A program made the position numbers and the translations under genes. Positions 39,740-53,992 of a stretch of 64,000 nt of DNA are shown here, piece after piece; positions within the stretch are counted from its first letter, which is position 1; each line of letters begins with the position of its first letter. The notes beneath the pieces were generated by a model, which saw only the letters and a program-made list of their open reading frames with translations, was not told the origin of the DNA and made no database searches. The stretch covers positions 35,402,001 through 35,466,000 of the forward strand of contig NC_043008.1 of NCBI RefSeq assembly GCF_006345805.1. Reading direction: 5' to 3'. Source of the stretch: Octopus sinensis (lineage: Eukaryota).

Positions 39740-40110
39740 GTTGACTCCAGTTCTTCAACAATACAACATAATTCTATAGTCTGTTTTCTTGATTTCGAGT
39801 TGACTGTTTATACATTAATTTCTCGAAAGCCTGTGAGAAAGTCGTCCACATAATCTTATATATACCAAAATCTGAAAATCTTGATGTAATAGAAAGTTGG
39901 GTATTTTGATCTCTGTTTCCTGGAGCACCGAAGTCAAATAGTAGTGGCCAAGGGTTCTCCTCAAAATGCTTACAATGATAAAAACAAAGATTAGCGCAAA
40001 GCACCGTTCTGGTTGCCGTTTATCTCTTAACATTTTATTTGACCTGAACCAGAATATCCAACCGGCCACATTCCACACCTTTGAAGATGGCATTAATGTG
40101 AGGTTAGAGA
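39740..40110 (-). pseudogene. Decayed non-LTR retrotransposon RT fragment, probably RTE-like
   Basis: Frameshifted translation resembles the RQGCxLSPxLFxIV..ILRR..GLxINxKKT region (ORF 39815-40093). Heavily decayed, and no YADD is readable. Confidence 0.4.
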
Positions 40111-40645
40111 ATCGATAACTTATGTACGTGATGATCGGGAAAAGCTGGTAACTTATGTAAGTGATGCTGGAGAAAAGATAAAAGGCATCTATTCACTCAA
40201 GAAATTCTAGATGTTATATATGAATTGGCTAATGGGAATGATATCTTCATTATAGACAGACCTCCACTCCCACCAATATCACCATCACCACCGCCACCAC
40301 ATACTATCGAAATGTTCTAACTTGATCTAAAGAAGAAAACAATTAAAAACAATTCATGACCTGATTCTAGCTGTGTCTCTTGGCATATTCACACATCGTC
40401 AATAAACTGTCAAGAACTTAGAAACTTAGGGATGGGTACCGAAAATGGTAACTTTGAGAAACCCAATAGTGACACTCAGTAAATACTTGGTTCATAAAAG
40501 GTTGCTCATAATTTTGGTTTCCTAAGATAACGAGTAGATTTTTGCTCATAACTTGGTTTCCTCTTAACTTGCAACGAGAGGGATAATAAAAAGCATTTAC
40601 CGGACTATTCAGAGATCTGAATCACTAGAAACGATGACGCGAATA

Positions 40646-40812
<167 letters not shown>

Positions 40813-42857
40813 CTTTCGAATATCATGTTCCTAAATTTTGATTCCAAGAAAGGATGAATAAGATAAAATGAAGACATTGTCAGATCACCAAATTCTTTCC
40901 CTTAAACTTTCATCTGAGAAACCTACCTAGCTACAGTTAGGAGTTGAAAGGTCCAATTCCAAATAAGTGCTTCGGAAAATGACAGCAATACTTAACAAAA
41001 TTTATGTACATTATTTTGTAACATCCCGAATCAGTATTTGTAAGGTAAAAGCAACCTTCACCAATTAAAGATGGAGGGGAAATAATTAAACAAAATTGTT
41101 TTCTGGGAATAGACAGTGACAACACTATGAAAATTTATGTCCAAAGGCGATCCTACAGCTTAGCTCATTTACTAAATTAAATTTTAGCTCTTTCTGGGTT
41201 CAATCCTTGTCTTTGATTTTTCTATAGAGGATAAAACCGTGTCCGTCTTTTACTAGGATCGAGTCTATTGACTATAAAATTGTCTTTGCGAATTTTTGGC
41301 CTTAGGCCAATCAAATAAACAGAAGTTCTAATTAAGTTTCTTAAAATGATTAATTTACACAAAATCGTCTTTATTGATTCATATAATTTAAAGATTAATG
41401 AAGATGATTCAGAAATTCGTTAGAAATAATCTGAAATCTTAATATAGAAATAAAATTGTATATGTAATCGTGTGCGTGTATGTGTGTGTGTGTGTGTCTG
41501 TATCCGTAATTGTGCTTGTATGAGCCAGTGTGTGTGTATGTGTATGTCTGTGTTTGTGCTTGTATGTGGTAGTGTGCGTGTGTGTGTTTCAATCTAATAA
41601 ATTGCTCCTTTGTTCCTAAATTATTAATTATGTGCAAATAATTCATCACCCTTTCAAATGTTATTAAACTGATTAAAAGATACGTATCAAAATATCGCCA
41701 TCATTATCATCACATACCATAATCTACAAGAGCAGCACAGCGTCCATATTTTCCAGCGCGTTAAAGCGAAATTGATTGTCTTGGAGGAAATGGACACTGT
41801 AAGTATTTTTGTTCTCATGTCCTTCTCAGCCAATTCAGCGACTCACTGCTTGATTGGTGGCTTGTTTTGTCGACTCCAGAATATTGAAATATAAAATTTC
41901 ACCTCGGGTGAAGTTTTAACGATTCAGCCAATTAACTGCCCTTATTAAAATATATGGCGTCATGTATCAAAAGAACGTGTTCTTTGTTTGGTTTTCCTTT
42001 TTGGCTTCGCAGAAGACCACTTTTGAATAGCAGAATACGGGAGATAGAGTAAGAGCACAGTAGAATGGTATCAAGTGTCTGACAGCTAGAGTTTACGATA
42101 AAGGTTTAATTTTTGTTTGAGTTACTTCATTTCGTTTACTACTCGTTTTGTATTAAGTATTCTTTTCTTTTCCTTTTCCTTTGTTATTTGTCAAGTCTTG
42201 AGGAGGAGGTTGTGCTCATGGCCTTCGAAGACACACCGAAACCGATGTGAATGATGCCGTTGGCGTTCCACTCAAACTGTTGCAAAAGCAGAGAGGAGAT
42301 TCTTGAGAACTTCGTGGATAGAGGGTTTCGTTTTAACGTGGTTTTGCCCAGATGACTTGCATGAATTTGTTGCTGTTGTTTATCTTAAAGACAACTTCGA
42401 TGAAGCAATCTTAGTATCAAAGACGTTCCATCTGTGACCATCCCGTCTTCTATTCAAACATAGTGTACCCTGGACTACGTGACTGGATGTGTCAGCCCTC
42501 TTATACGATACTATGATACGATTTATGGAAACTTTGAATGTTAAATATAACAAGTTAACAACTTCGTGGAAACAATCTTAAAACAATAAATTCTTTGATG
42601 ATAATTCTTTAAAGTACACGGTATACTTTTTCAGCCAATTAAGTCGATACCAGTGATTTATAGGAAAGGGGTGGGTGGAAGTAAAAGCACGTGGGTTTAA
42701 GTCCGGAACTATGAAAAATGAACCTTAAACTTACAAGTATTTAGCAGCAGCATTTAGACTGTGTACTTTCATAACTAATTACACACATTGTCACAGAGGG
42801 CGTACTGTTAAACTAAACTGGATAACCGTTATTAACTTACACATTAATTTCTTATAT

Positions 42858-43126
42858 ACTTTTACTCTTTACGCTTTTACTTGTTTCAGTCATTTGACTG
42901 TGGCCATGCTGAAGCACCGCCTTTAGTTGAGCAAATCGACCCCACGACTTATTCTTTGGAAGCCTAGTACTTATTCTATCGGTCTCTTTTGCCGAACCGC
43001 TAAGTAATAGAACGCAAACACACCAGCATCGGTTGCCAAGCGATGTTGGGGAGACAAACATAGACACACACACACACACACCCACAACACACACCACAAC
43101 ACACACACACATATATATATATATAT

Positions 43127-43176
<50 letters not shown>

Positions 43177-43344
43177 CTACATGTATACGACGGCTTCTTT
43201 CAGTTTCCATTTTCCAAATCCACTCAAGGCTTTGGTCGTCCCGAGGCTATAGTAGAAGGCACTTGCCCCAAATGTCACGCAGTGGGACTGAACACGGAAC
43301 CATGTGATTGGTAAGCAAGCTACTTACCACACAGCCACTCCTGT
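42858..43344 (-). mobile_element. Full-length family-B SINE with internal (TA)/(TG) microsatellite
   Basis: Reverse head GAGTGGCTGTGTGGTAAGTAGCTTGCTTACCAATCACATGGTTCCGTGTTCAGTCCCACTG; tail GCGGTGCTTCAGCATGGCCACAGTCAAATGACTGAAACAAGTAAAAG. Confidence 0.92.
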
Positions 43345-43846
43345 CTTAAATTTGTAACGGAATGTTAAATGTGATTGCATAGCATTGATTCTTCATGATA
43401 TTAACAACGTAAATCTTATAACAAGATCGCCTCTCATTGCGCTAACTTATACTTTACCCATGTCAGTTGAATTGTTGCAGTTTTGAGATTTAAGTCTGCG
43501 CTTTTGTGAACATTTTAGTGAATGGTGGCAAGTGAGTTTAGTGAATGGTGGCAAGAATGTTTTTTGATACAATTAGAGTAAAATGGTTAATACTGGCAGG
43601 AAACTTATGATAAATCTAAAATATTTTCATATTAAAAAGAAACGTAATGTATCTTAACTAATATATCATTTGAAACTGAATAACCATGCGACGTCTTGGA
43701 AAAATCTCTTCTGCTATAGCCTTGAGGTGAACATTAATCCGTGACTGAAGTTTGATCGAAGAAAAACTGTGTGGAAACTCGTGGGACACACACACACACA
43801 CACACACCGCATACGCGCGCACTGCTCACATACAGGCACACATATA

Positions 43847-43879
<33 letters not shown>

Positions 43880-43920
43880 CTATATATTGTGCGTGTATAC
43901 ACGCCTATGTTTATGTTTAC

Positions 43921-44148
43921 TTATATCTTTACTACCCACAAGGGGCTAAACACAGAAGGGACAAACAAGGACAGACAAACAGATTAAGTTGATTATATCG
44001 ACCCTAGTGCGTAACTGGTATTTATTTAATCGACCCCGAAAGGATGAAAGGCAAAGTCGACCTCGGCGGAATTTGAACTCAGAACGTAGCGGCTGACGAA
44101 ATACCGCTAGGCATTTTGCCCGGCGTGCTAACGATTCTGCCAGCTCAC
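43921..44148 (-). mobile_element. Full-length family-A SINE with 17-19 bp TSD
   Basis: CGCCTATGTTTATGTTTAC at 43902-43920 and 44149-44167 flanks the element. Confidence 0.95.
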
Positions 44149-44881
44149 CGCCTATGTTTATGTTTACGTCAGTCTAAAACCTGTGTCGTTATACCTGTGT
44201 CCTTTTATGCGCGTAACTTAGCAGTTCGACCAACTACTGGTATGGAGCCGATATAATCAACCGACAAACAGAAACCTCATCAAAGCGGTGCTGCAGTTTA
44301 GTAGGCGAGTGCCTGATAACCAGTAAAGGGTAAAAAAATAAACTTACCATAGACATTATTTCATCGTAGAGACGTAGCACGAATTATGAAACAACAGAAT
44401 ATGTTGCGAGGCAGGAAAAGAAACTAATGTGAGGCGCGGGCGCGCATGTGTATGTACGAGTCGCAGATTATCTACGTGTGAGAGTGAACTAACATGAAGA
44501 AAAGCGAAGTAATTGAGACGACTGGCATATCGTCAAGACAAAATGAACGCGCTTGCCTTTTGGTATTATTATTTAGATGTTTATTTGTAATATTTTTTTG
44601 TTGTTGTTGTTAACATTGAGTAAGGAAAAGAGGAGCAACAGAACGTCAATAGTTTTTGACAGTTGAGATAAACAAAAAACAAAATACACGACAAAATTGA
44701 TTATGAAAATTAGACTTGTGGTTTCTTCTAGCTTGCCTCTAATGTCAATTAAGTCTTGTGGTAATACATACATATATACATGCATATATATGCATAGATG
44801 TATGAATATATAAGTACATATATATATATATACATATATATATATAAATATATATAATATGTATATATATATGTATATATA

Positions 44882-44985
<104 letters not shown>

Positions 44986-45067
44986 AATATATATATATGC
45001 ATATTCATATTTATGTATTTAAGTCGATATACACATACATATATATTTCTGTGTGTATGTTATATAT

Positions 45068-45099
<32 letters not shown>

Positions 45100-45100
45100 C

Positions 45101-45132
<32 letters not shown>

Positions 45133-46229
45133 TATCTATATACATATATGTCGCACATACATTATTATACAACATATCTCTTAGGATTGAACAACACTTG
45201 CTGTAAAAATCGAAGAAGTGGCTTGTGAGGGCGATGTTTCAAAAAGTCAAATAATAAAACAATCATACAAACAGTGTAAATGTCAAACACAAGAATTGTT
45301 AAAAGTTATTTCGATAATAAAGAAAAAATGACAGCGAAGATTATTAAATAACAATAAAAAAGTAACAATTACTAAAGCCAAAATTGTATAAAAGTCGTCA
45401 ATTGTTATAGGTAGCATTTATTGAAAATGCAATAAATATATTTTATTTGTGTTAAAAAAAATACAATGATAGATTTAAACATTATTCTCTTTCTCTCTGC
45501 AGAGTAGAGAAATATTGTGAAAATTTTCTCATTACAAAATATTTAAACTGACAGATTGTCATTTGTAGAACTGTCTATCTGGCTATAAAATTCTGTATAG
45601 TGAATGAATGCACCATACAACGTCGATGAACTGAAGGGAAAATAATATGGTTAGTAATAATAACACCATATTTTCTATACATATTTTTTCTTAAAAAGTT
45701 TTCTTACATAGCAATCACTGCCTGATATATTCAGATACGATTGCAGGGAAGGTGTAAAAAATATAATATCCACCACCCCTCAAGGATAATATAATTATAA
45801 ATGGCTGTTTTATACCGATTTATATTGATTTGAGACACAATTAATGAACATACATTAGTTGCATCATCGGACTGAAATGATTCCTTGGGTTTTCGAAATA
45901 ACTGTCATTAAAATTGTTTTAATTCTGAGAAATCACTTTTTATTTCACTTATGAACACAATAAAAAACACCCGTCGAGAATGTTTTCAGTACAGTACATC
46001 ATATTTCGTAAATATACATAAAGAATTCAACAGTAGACCAGCTGATAAACAAGACATTAGAAATCTCACTAAAACATATAAAAGAATACAAACAAGAGAT
46101 TAGAAATAATGTTAAGATATATAACATAAGAAATATACGGAAAGAAAACAGAAAAATAAACAGACGTATACAGGAAAATCAACTTCCTTCAGTCTTTGTG
46201 ATTTCCTAACTATATAGAAATATGATCTA

Positions 46230-47000
46230 AACTGTTATTTCTACCAAAATAAAATGGCGTCTAGATGTGAAATATTTTTATCTTTAATCGGGATTCACCA
46301 AGAGATCTGTGGCATCTCTGGGGTGACCGACGTCTTATACTAAATCATTCAACTCATCGTTGCTTGAACAGGTCGGGACAGGTTCTTCATCTTTTGCTGA
46401 AGTAGTTGCTTTCTGCGACTGATTGTCTACAGTATAAGATTATCAAGTTCGATAAGAATGAATAGGCCAGGTCTATGTAGCTCAAGTTTTATCACCGATG
46501 AAAGATTACGTCACCCAATTTATTTTTGATTCACTTTATTATATTCTTGAACTGTGATGGAACAAAAATAATAATTTTGGGGAATAGACTTAAACTCGTC
46601 ACCAGGTTTAACATCCCATCCGGCATCTTGGGAAATTTAGCAGAGTCCATTCACTTCCAAGAATTCTTGTTGGTTTGCGGAAACCTTCGTCCACCACTGA
46701 TTCCGTCATTCTCGGATGCTGTGTAATGAGTCATGGGTACTGATTTCTCTACTGACTAAGAGATTTTTAAAAAGCCATTTAGAATATTTTATTCTCTTCA
46801 TACCATCAAAATACCAACGGCAACTACTTTCTTTGTTCCTTTTGTCCATTGTCTTGATTCCCCAAAACAAACAGTACAGCCACTTTGAGGGGGTCCTATT
46901 TTCGCCTTGGTCTCTAAGTTTTATTCCATATTTTTAGCTTCAATACAAAAGAAGTGAAACGATATTACATAATAGAAGAATTTCTTTCATTTTAAAAATT
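46230..47000 (-). pseudogene. Decayed Chapaev3-type (CMC superfamily) transposase N-terminal half
   Basis: Manual translation gives, in order, YGIKLRDQ, CTVCFGESRQWTKG, GILMV*RE, YYFCSITVQEYNK, RNLSSVIK, ELNDLV*D and SRLK. These match my recollection of Chapaev3 motifs YFGxKLGDQD, CxxCxxxLRxWxKG, FGIPMVWREP, DCYFC, YPNLPSAIRP, ELNDLVRDL and GSRLK. Confidence 0.75.
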
Positions 47001-47702
47001 TCGTACCATCATATGAATCAATCAAAACAATATTTTTACGGTTATAAGTGTGTCATTGAAATGTGTGATACACGCTGGCAAATGTTTTCTATGCAGAGGA
47101 TAGCTCAGTAAATGGCATTTGCACACCTTAATCTTTGTTTATGACTAAGATCCAGGTTGTTACATGGGTGGTGGTAAATTTTCTCCTCTTTGACTAGTTT
47201 AAAAGTATCTGCAACGTTCTGCATCAGAAAACGAAGCCCCCACCCATTTCTGTAATGAATAACTGCTAATATGTATGCACCGAGGGTATCCAGTAATAGC
47301 CTTTACTTTAAAAGAAAAACTGTTACTGAATGTCTCTCTTTCAGAGATTTAGAAATAATTATATTTCTATTTTTAGATCAGTGTTGTGTGTCACTTTGAA
47401 AACAATATGTTTGAACGGTCAAATCAGCAACGCCATCTGACCAAGCAGCTACTCTATGTTGATAAAGGAAAATAACTCAGAAACTAGTCCACAGGTGTTG
47501 CTTTGCGCTAGGTGGGAGTGCTAAGCTCCCTGTTCGAAAACATAAGGACAGAGTGTGTCGTATATCCAGCTAGAAACGATGCTTCTTGGGGCTAAAACAA
47601 CAGTAACATCGTCCTTTTCAGAACAGCAACATTAAACGTTTACTATATACATATGTGTGTGTGTGTGTCACATATATACATACATACATATATATATATA
47701 TA

Positions 47703-47737
<35 letters not shown>

Positions 47738-48266
47738 ATATATGTTATATATGTATATATATTATATATATATAATATATATATATATATATAATATAAC
47801 ACATCAGTTGAATAAAGTTAAAGCATGGTCTAGTTTTCAAGTTTTTATATATATTTTAACATATATTTATATGTATATATGTATATGTATATCTATCTAT
47901 CAATATATATATATATGCGTGTATGTGTGTGGATATGTGTATGATTACGTAAATGCACATATATGTTTGTGAGTGTTTGGGCATACATATATACATGTTT
48001 GTGTGAATGTGTACGTATATAGATGTTTTGAACATAGGTTTCTATGCAGTGTGAGAATAAGGCTGCGTGTACTTTTTATCTTTGATATTTTCCTTCCTAT
48101 TAGAATAACTTCCCTTTTATTCAATGGATTTTTTTATAGTGTCTATTGACATAATAGCCGATGAGAATGCATAGTAGCTCTTAGCTCCGGCATTTGAAAC
48201 TCTGAGTCCTATTACGACAACCTACTAATTGTCCTAAACCATACATACATCATATACATACATACT

Positions 48267-48326
<60 letters not shown>

Positions 48327-48728
48327 CACACACACACACACATATATAATATATATATATATATATAGAATAGTTGTATACTGTCAATCTCACACGAACG
48401 TGACAGTAGGGGGGTGCACCACCGCTGTATAGCCCTAGGAAGCATCGACGCCTCCTGATGGCTTTGACACATTGTCAAAGCCAAGATAAATTTAGCTAAG
48501 ATAAATATTTCAATTACCTGAAGATTGACTGTAACCATAACTCGAATTATTACGAATTGGACAGCCATGAAACGATCGTAGTGTTTTACTCATTATCTTT
48601 TATTAAACTCTTAATACTTTTGATATATATTTAAAATAATATAATTAATTAATTTTATGTATTGCTTAAGTTTTTCATTGTTTGATTTGCCTAATAGTGG
48701 TTTTATCTCAAATTTAATATAATATAAT

Positions 48729-48799
<71 letters not shown>

Positions 48800-49545
48800 T
48801 ATACATATATATATATTCAGAGTGTCTATCTTCAATTAATATTAAAACTATTCAAGCTCCACACATTTGTAATGAATCATTTTTCATCATATTTTGCAAG
48901 CATTCTTTGAACATCACTATACACTATTGTATATATGTATATATATATGCATATATATATATATATATATGGAGAGAGAGAGAGAGAGAGAGTCATATAT
49001 ATGCACATACATACATACATACACAGAGAGACACACACACATCACGCACACAAATACATACGCATATTTGTATATGCATGTACATGTGTGTGTGCGTGTC
49101 TCTTTGTGTGGATATTTATTTGTGTGTGTGTATATAAATCTTGCGCGTTTTGTAAGGAAAACATCAATAATAATTAGAAACCTTAATATTCCGTTTGTTT
49201 TTATCTCTGTGCTACCAGTTGGTTGAGGCCGCCTCAAAAATCATTTCTAATTTGATTAACTTCCGCTGATAGAGAGCAAGTCAGAATCGTGTCATATTAT
49301 AAAGGTAGTAGATCAACACATAAATATTTGTTCGAAGAGATAAATTTATTACGAATAGATTTCCATTGTTCGTTTATTCATCAATGAAAATCGGTTGATG
49401 TTGTAAGTACCTTAATAAACATGATTTCTTTTCATCTCGAACTTTGGTTAATTGTTATTGGATTACTGTATGTTTTGCTCTTTACATATCAAAAACTTCG
49501 ATATATGTGACATTATCCTACTTCAGACAGAACACTTCTGTTTTA

Positions 49546-49948
49546 AGTCAGCGAGTTGGCAGAAACGTTAGCACGCCGAGTGAGATGCTTAACGGTATTT
49601 CGTCTGCTGCTACGCTCTGAGTTCAAATTCCGCCGAGGTCGACTTTGCCTTTCATCCCTTTCGGGGTCGATAAATTAAGTACCAATTACGCACTAGGGTC
49701 GATATAATCGACTTAATCCGTTTATCTGTCCTTGTTTGTCCTCTCTGTGTATAGCCCCTTGTGGGTAGTAAAGAAATAGGTATTTTGTCTATCTTTACGT
49801 TCAAAGTTCAAATTCCCCTGAGGTCGACTTTGCCTTTCATCCTTTCGGGGTCGATAAATTAAGTACCAGTTGCCTACTGGGGTCGATCTAATCGACTCGC
49901 CCTCTCTCCCAAAATGTCGGGCCTTGTGCCTAGAGTAGAAAAGAACAT
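49546..49948 (+). mobile_element. Composite (dimeric) family-A SINE
   Basis: Head, then a body ending TGTGGGTAGTAAAGAAATA, then GGTATTTTGTCT and a second body ending GGGCCTTGTGCCTAGAGTAGAAAAGAA. Confidence 0.92.
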
Positions 49949-50002
49949 TCTTTTATTTTTGTTGTGTTTTTCACTTTTTGTTTTTCTATTTTTATCATAG
50001 CT

Positions 50003-50245
50003 GCAGGCATGGCTGTGCGGTTAAGAAAGCCATGATTTCGGGTTCAGTCCCACCGCGTGGTATGTTGGGAAAGTGTCTTCTACTTTAGACCTTGGTCGAC
50101 CAAAGCCTTCTGAGTGGGTCTGTTATATGGAAATTGCGTCGAGTAGTGTGTGTGTATGTGTGTGTGTAAGTGTGTCTATGTGTTTGTGTATGTGTGAGTT
50201 TGTGGTTGTCCCCATACCACTTGACATCCAATGTTGGTTTATTTA
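50003..50245 (+). mobile_element. Family-B SINE, partial
   Basis: GCAGGCATGGCTGTGCGGTTAAGAA..GGGTTCAGTCCCACCGCGTGG..GGTCGACCAAAGCCTT, followed by an internal TG tract. Confidence 0.75.
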
Positions 50246-52059
50246 CGTTTTCATCAACTAGTAGTTGAGATTGAGAATGAATAAGATGGAGCGTGATGTA
50301 GATGGACAGACGAGGTAAAAATTGGTATTCGGATACCTAAAATCGAATGCTGTAGAGTAATTTCAAGGTCTTTACTCAACATTGAGAAAAACAATGGCTG
50401 GTTTAATTTGATTGGCTGATTGATTGCACTTTAGAACATTCCCATTGATCTATTTATTGTGTGACTACTTTTAATGGGAGGTATTGCGGTAGCGAGAAGC
50501 AAAAATATATTACTTGGCCGTGGCTATGTTTTACATAACATTAAAGATCCTGTGTATAAATGAATGGTTTGTTTTAGATGTGAGGAGAATGACCTCCTGC
50601 TATAGGAAACATGTAGTAGTTTAACTTCACCATCGCTTTTGATGCATTTGAGAAAAAGTAATTATATTAGGTTTCTTTTTCTTTTTATGTTTCTTCATCA
50701 TCTGAAGTTGATTGTATCAAAAAGGCAATTAACGGATATTCATTATAAAATGTCAATTCATAAACTCTAAGATTGCACAAGATCGAAGTTAAATAAATCT
50801 TTTACTTCCTTACATAGGAAGAGAATCTTTAGCAATGAAGTTATACATGTACAACGCTGAGTTTCTGGAAATTTGATAGTCCTGAACCTCTTATAACCTG
50901 CATTAATTTACTAACAGGATCTTCAAATTTCCTTTGGCCCCCAGACTGGTTTATGGGCGGCCCTTTTACACCATACCGTGAGTACAGTACTACTAAACTT
51001 CTATCTATTATACTAATGTACAAGTACCTGTATTCCATTTGTTTATTTAAGTAAATTTAATATTCAATTTAGAGTGTGACCATCACTGGTTCGGAAAAAT
51101 CAATGATCTGGAAGAGCTTTGGAACCGAAAGTTCAGAAAACCCTATCTACCTGTATTTGGAAAACATATATAATATTTGTAGATTATTTAGCACCTAATT
51201 CCCTAAAACACAGTATGGGTTGGTATCTGGACGATTGGTCTGCTGGTTTTTGTTGTTCTCGTTATGTAGCATAGGTCAATCTTGAACACACTAACATTTC
51301 CATCGGTTAAAGTTGTAGGCGCTGATCTGGGAGTTGACTTTTATGAAGTGAAGAAGACTGATCATCGCCGATCCATGCAAGTCTCCCCTCGCCACGACAC
51401 CCAGCGAAAAGGCTGCTGGCTTGAGTCGATACAGCATGATACCAGGGGTTATTGTCAGAACACAAAGAATAAGAACAGACACTGCACCATCAAGGTACTT
51501 TGCCCGACCCTTCGAGAGTTCCAAAATCCTCTACACTGGTTTGATACTTTTTTATTGACTCGGAAATCATAACAAGTAATATTCAGCTCTGTGAGATTTG
51601 AACTCAGAGCGTAGAGCAACGTTAAAAGAGGTGTTTTGCTCAAGAAACAATACGCCGGCCGATCCGGGAATAAGGTATCTTATTTTGTGCACTGGTTGTA
51701 AAAGATGCGCGTGGATAGATTAGAAGGACAGTGTTGTGGACGTTGTTCTTTGGAATCGTATGATTAAACTATTGCGCCCAGCACGTGTTTGAAGAAGACG
51801 ACGACGACGATAGCAATGATGACGATGGCAATGATGATGGTGGTGGGTGACAACGATGGTGATAATGATGACAGCAGCGGAGACGGTGACGGCGGTGGTG
51901 ACGTCGGCGGTGACGACGACTATAACAATTATGGTGATCTTGATAATGACGACGATGGCAGGGATACATGATGATGATGATGATGATAACGATGACGACG
52001 ATGACGACAATGGCAATGATGAATCTTACTCCAAGAAAAATAAGTAGATGGATGCAGCA

Positions 52060-52310
52060 TTGAACGAAGGCCGGGTGAAAAGTTGATAGGTTCACCAAGA
52101 TACTCGCATGGAATGTGATCAAATGAGGTCTACTTTTTAACATAGCTCCCACAACCCCACCCCACCTCCCTTGCGGTCCACACACTTAGATCCATCGGCG
52201 CTTAGATCCCATTCGTGAAAAAGTTTTCATCCTGTTGGTAAAAAGTCATCAACAGCAGATATGAAGTCGTCATCACTGCGATACTACTTCTCAGCCTAGA
52301 TTAGAGAACA
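52060..52310 (-). mobile_element. Mariner transposase C-terminal remnant with a decayed 3' TIR
   Basis: Reverse translation YRSDDDFISAVDDF..QQDENFFTNGI..RW.KCVDRKG..YVKK*. ACGAAGGCCGGGTGAAAAGTT at about 52063-52084 resembles the TIR of the 3161 MITE. Confidence 0.7.
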
Positions 52311-52459
52311 CCGTACCTTCATTCTTTCTTCTTGATCACCTTGGAGGCTCTGCCATAAGCACTGTTTTACCTCTTGACACAAAAATAATGATGATCAAGA
52401 CGATGAGGATGCCGGTGATTTCTTTTATTTAATTTTAATTTTATTTATCTATTTCTAAT

Positions 52460-52658
52460 CCTATGAGCACAAAGCCTAGAATATATGTGGTTGGAGGTTA
52501 GCTGGTTACATCGACCTTACTACACAGCTGGTACATATTTCATTGACCCCGAGAGGATTAAATGCAAAGCCGACCTCGGCGAGATGTAAACTCAGAGCGT
52601 AAATATTGACGAAATGCCGCTAAGCATTTAGCCTAGCATTCTGCTAGCTCACCGCCTT
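52460..52658 (-). mobile_element. Diverged family-A SINE
   Basis: Reverse strand AAGGCGGTGAGCTAGCAGAATGC..TGCTTAGCGGCATTTCGTC..CGCCGAGGTCGGCTTTGC. Confidence 0.75.
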
Positions 52659-52749
52659 AACAACAACAACAAAAACAACAACAATAATAGTAATAATAAT
52701 AATAATAATAACAATAATAATGATAATAATAATAATAATAATAATAATG

Positions 52750-52804
<55 letters not shown>

Positions 52805-52812
52805 TAATAATA
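52659..52812. repeat. (AAC)n/(AAT)n microsatellite
   Basis: Directly visible. It gives the poly-I and poly-Y ORFs. Confidence 0.97.
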
Positions 52813-53799
52813 AGTGACGCCTTCATTACTGACCCTGGCTTCATATAATCTCCTCAAATCTTTCAGAGTGTTGCTCCAGCATGATCATAGTTCTGAAACC
52901 AACAACAGAATCTACGAATAACAACATTTTGAAAAAGTTTATAAACAAATGATTTCCAGAAGCAGCATAAATTTTTATTTATGTAACTATTATAGGCGTC
53001 TTGAGTAAACAAACGTTTTACCATGTTTTAGCCAATCTGAATTCTATTCCCCTCCGCCGCTACCACTCACTCACACACTCCCTCTATCTCTCTATCTATC
53101 TATCTATCTATCTCTATCTCTTTGCTTATCTGTTTATCCTTAGTCTTCTTATCTCTGTTTCTCTTTCTCTTTTGTCAGAATTAATCATCGCAGATGTCAC
53201 TCCAGATGTTATTCCAGATGTTGACTTGTTCACTTTACAACATCAAACTGTAAATTATTCCATTTTTATACATCTACAATATTCCTTTATGTTTTCAGCT
53301 CACATTTATTTTATCTATATATTTATTTATTTTGTCTTTTCCTTTTTGCATGTTTTTCTTAAAAACATTTTCTTCTATTTTTGACGATATATTATTTTAC
53401 TTATTTACTAGACTTGTTTACTTTTTGAGTTGTTTGCTTTCTTTTGTTATTTTTTCCTGTTTTCAGGTGACTTGTTTAGAGGTAGACATTTGCAGATATA
53501 AGAACGTACAGAAATTGCAAATACATTTTGATTTTTAATCGGATTTCCTTTGAGAAAATGAATCAAACTCTAAACCATCTTAAAACCAGACTTAAAAGTT
53601 TCTTTAAAGTTCCCAGTTTGGTTTTAAACGTAAAGACGAAAACTTTTATTTTATAACATTTCTGCTTCTTAAGTCAGTGCTGGTGAAGGAGTAAATACTG
53701 TTGAGTGCCAGATTGAATGTTTCAAAGTATTTTCTCTCCTATTCCTCAGGAGTTCAAATTCTGCTGCAATCGCCAAAGTTAGTTCAACATACATACCAG

Positions 53800-53992
53800 C
53801 TTCTTATTTCTTTACTGCCCACAAGAGGCTACATACAGAGGGGGCAAACAAAGACAGACAAACGGATTAAGTCGATTATATCGATCCAAGTGCGTAACTG
53901 GTACTTATTTAATCGACTCCGAAAGGATGAAAGGCAAATTTGACCTCGGCGGAATTTGAACTCAGAACGTAGCAGCAGACGAAATACCGCTA
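53800..53992 (-). mobile_element. 5'-truncated family-A SINE with 12-bp TSD
   Basis: CATACATACCAG at 53788-53799 and 53993-54004 flanks the element. Confidence 0.93.

Noticed and set aside
45540-45790. Minus-strand donor/acceptor pair suggesting two terminal exons
   Set aside because: The upstream acceptor is weak, the peptide is unrecognisable and such signals are expected by chance in T-rich DNA.
48455-48485. CTGAT plus a 10-bp hairpin (GGCTTTGACA/TGTCAAAGCC); similar decayed motifs at about 59766-59810, 27395-27440 and 60-115
   Set aside because: Each lacks two or more hammerhead core positions or a stem, so they are too decayed to call individually.
51291-51524. GC-richer 77-aa ORF (MELSKGRAKY..) that looks coding
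   Set aside because: The nucleotides align with the body of the 1316-1660 SINE (GCTGTATCG..GCCTTT..CGTGG.GAGGGGAG..GCATGG..GGTCTTC..CATAAAA). The ORF is incidental.
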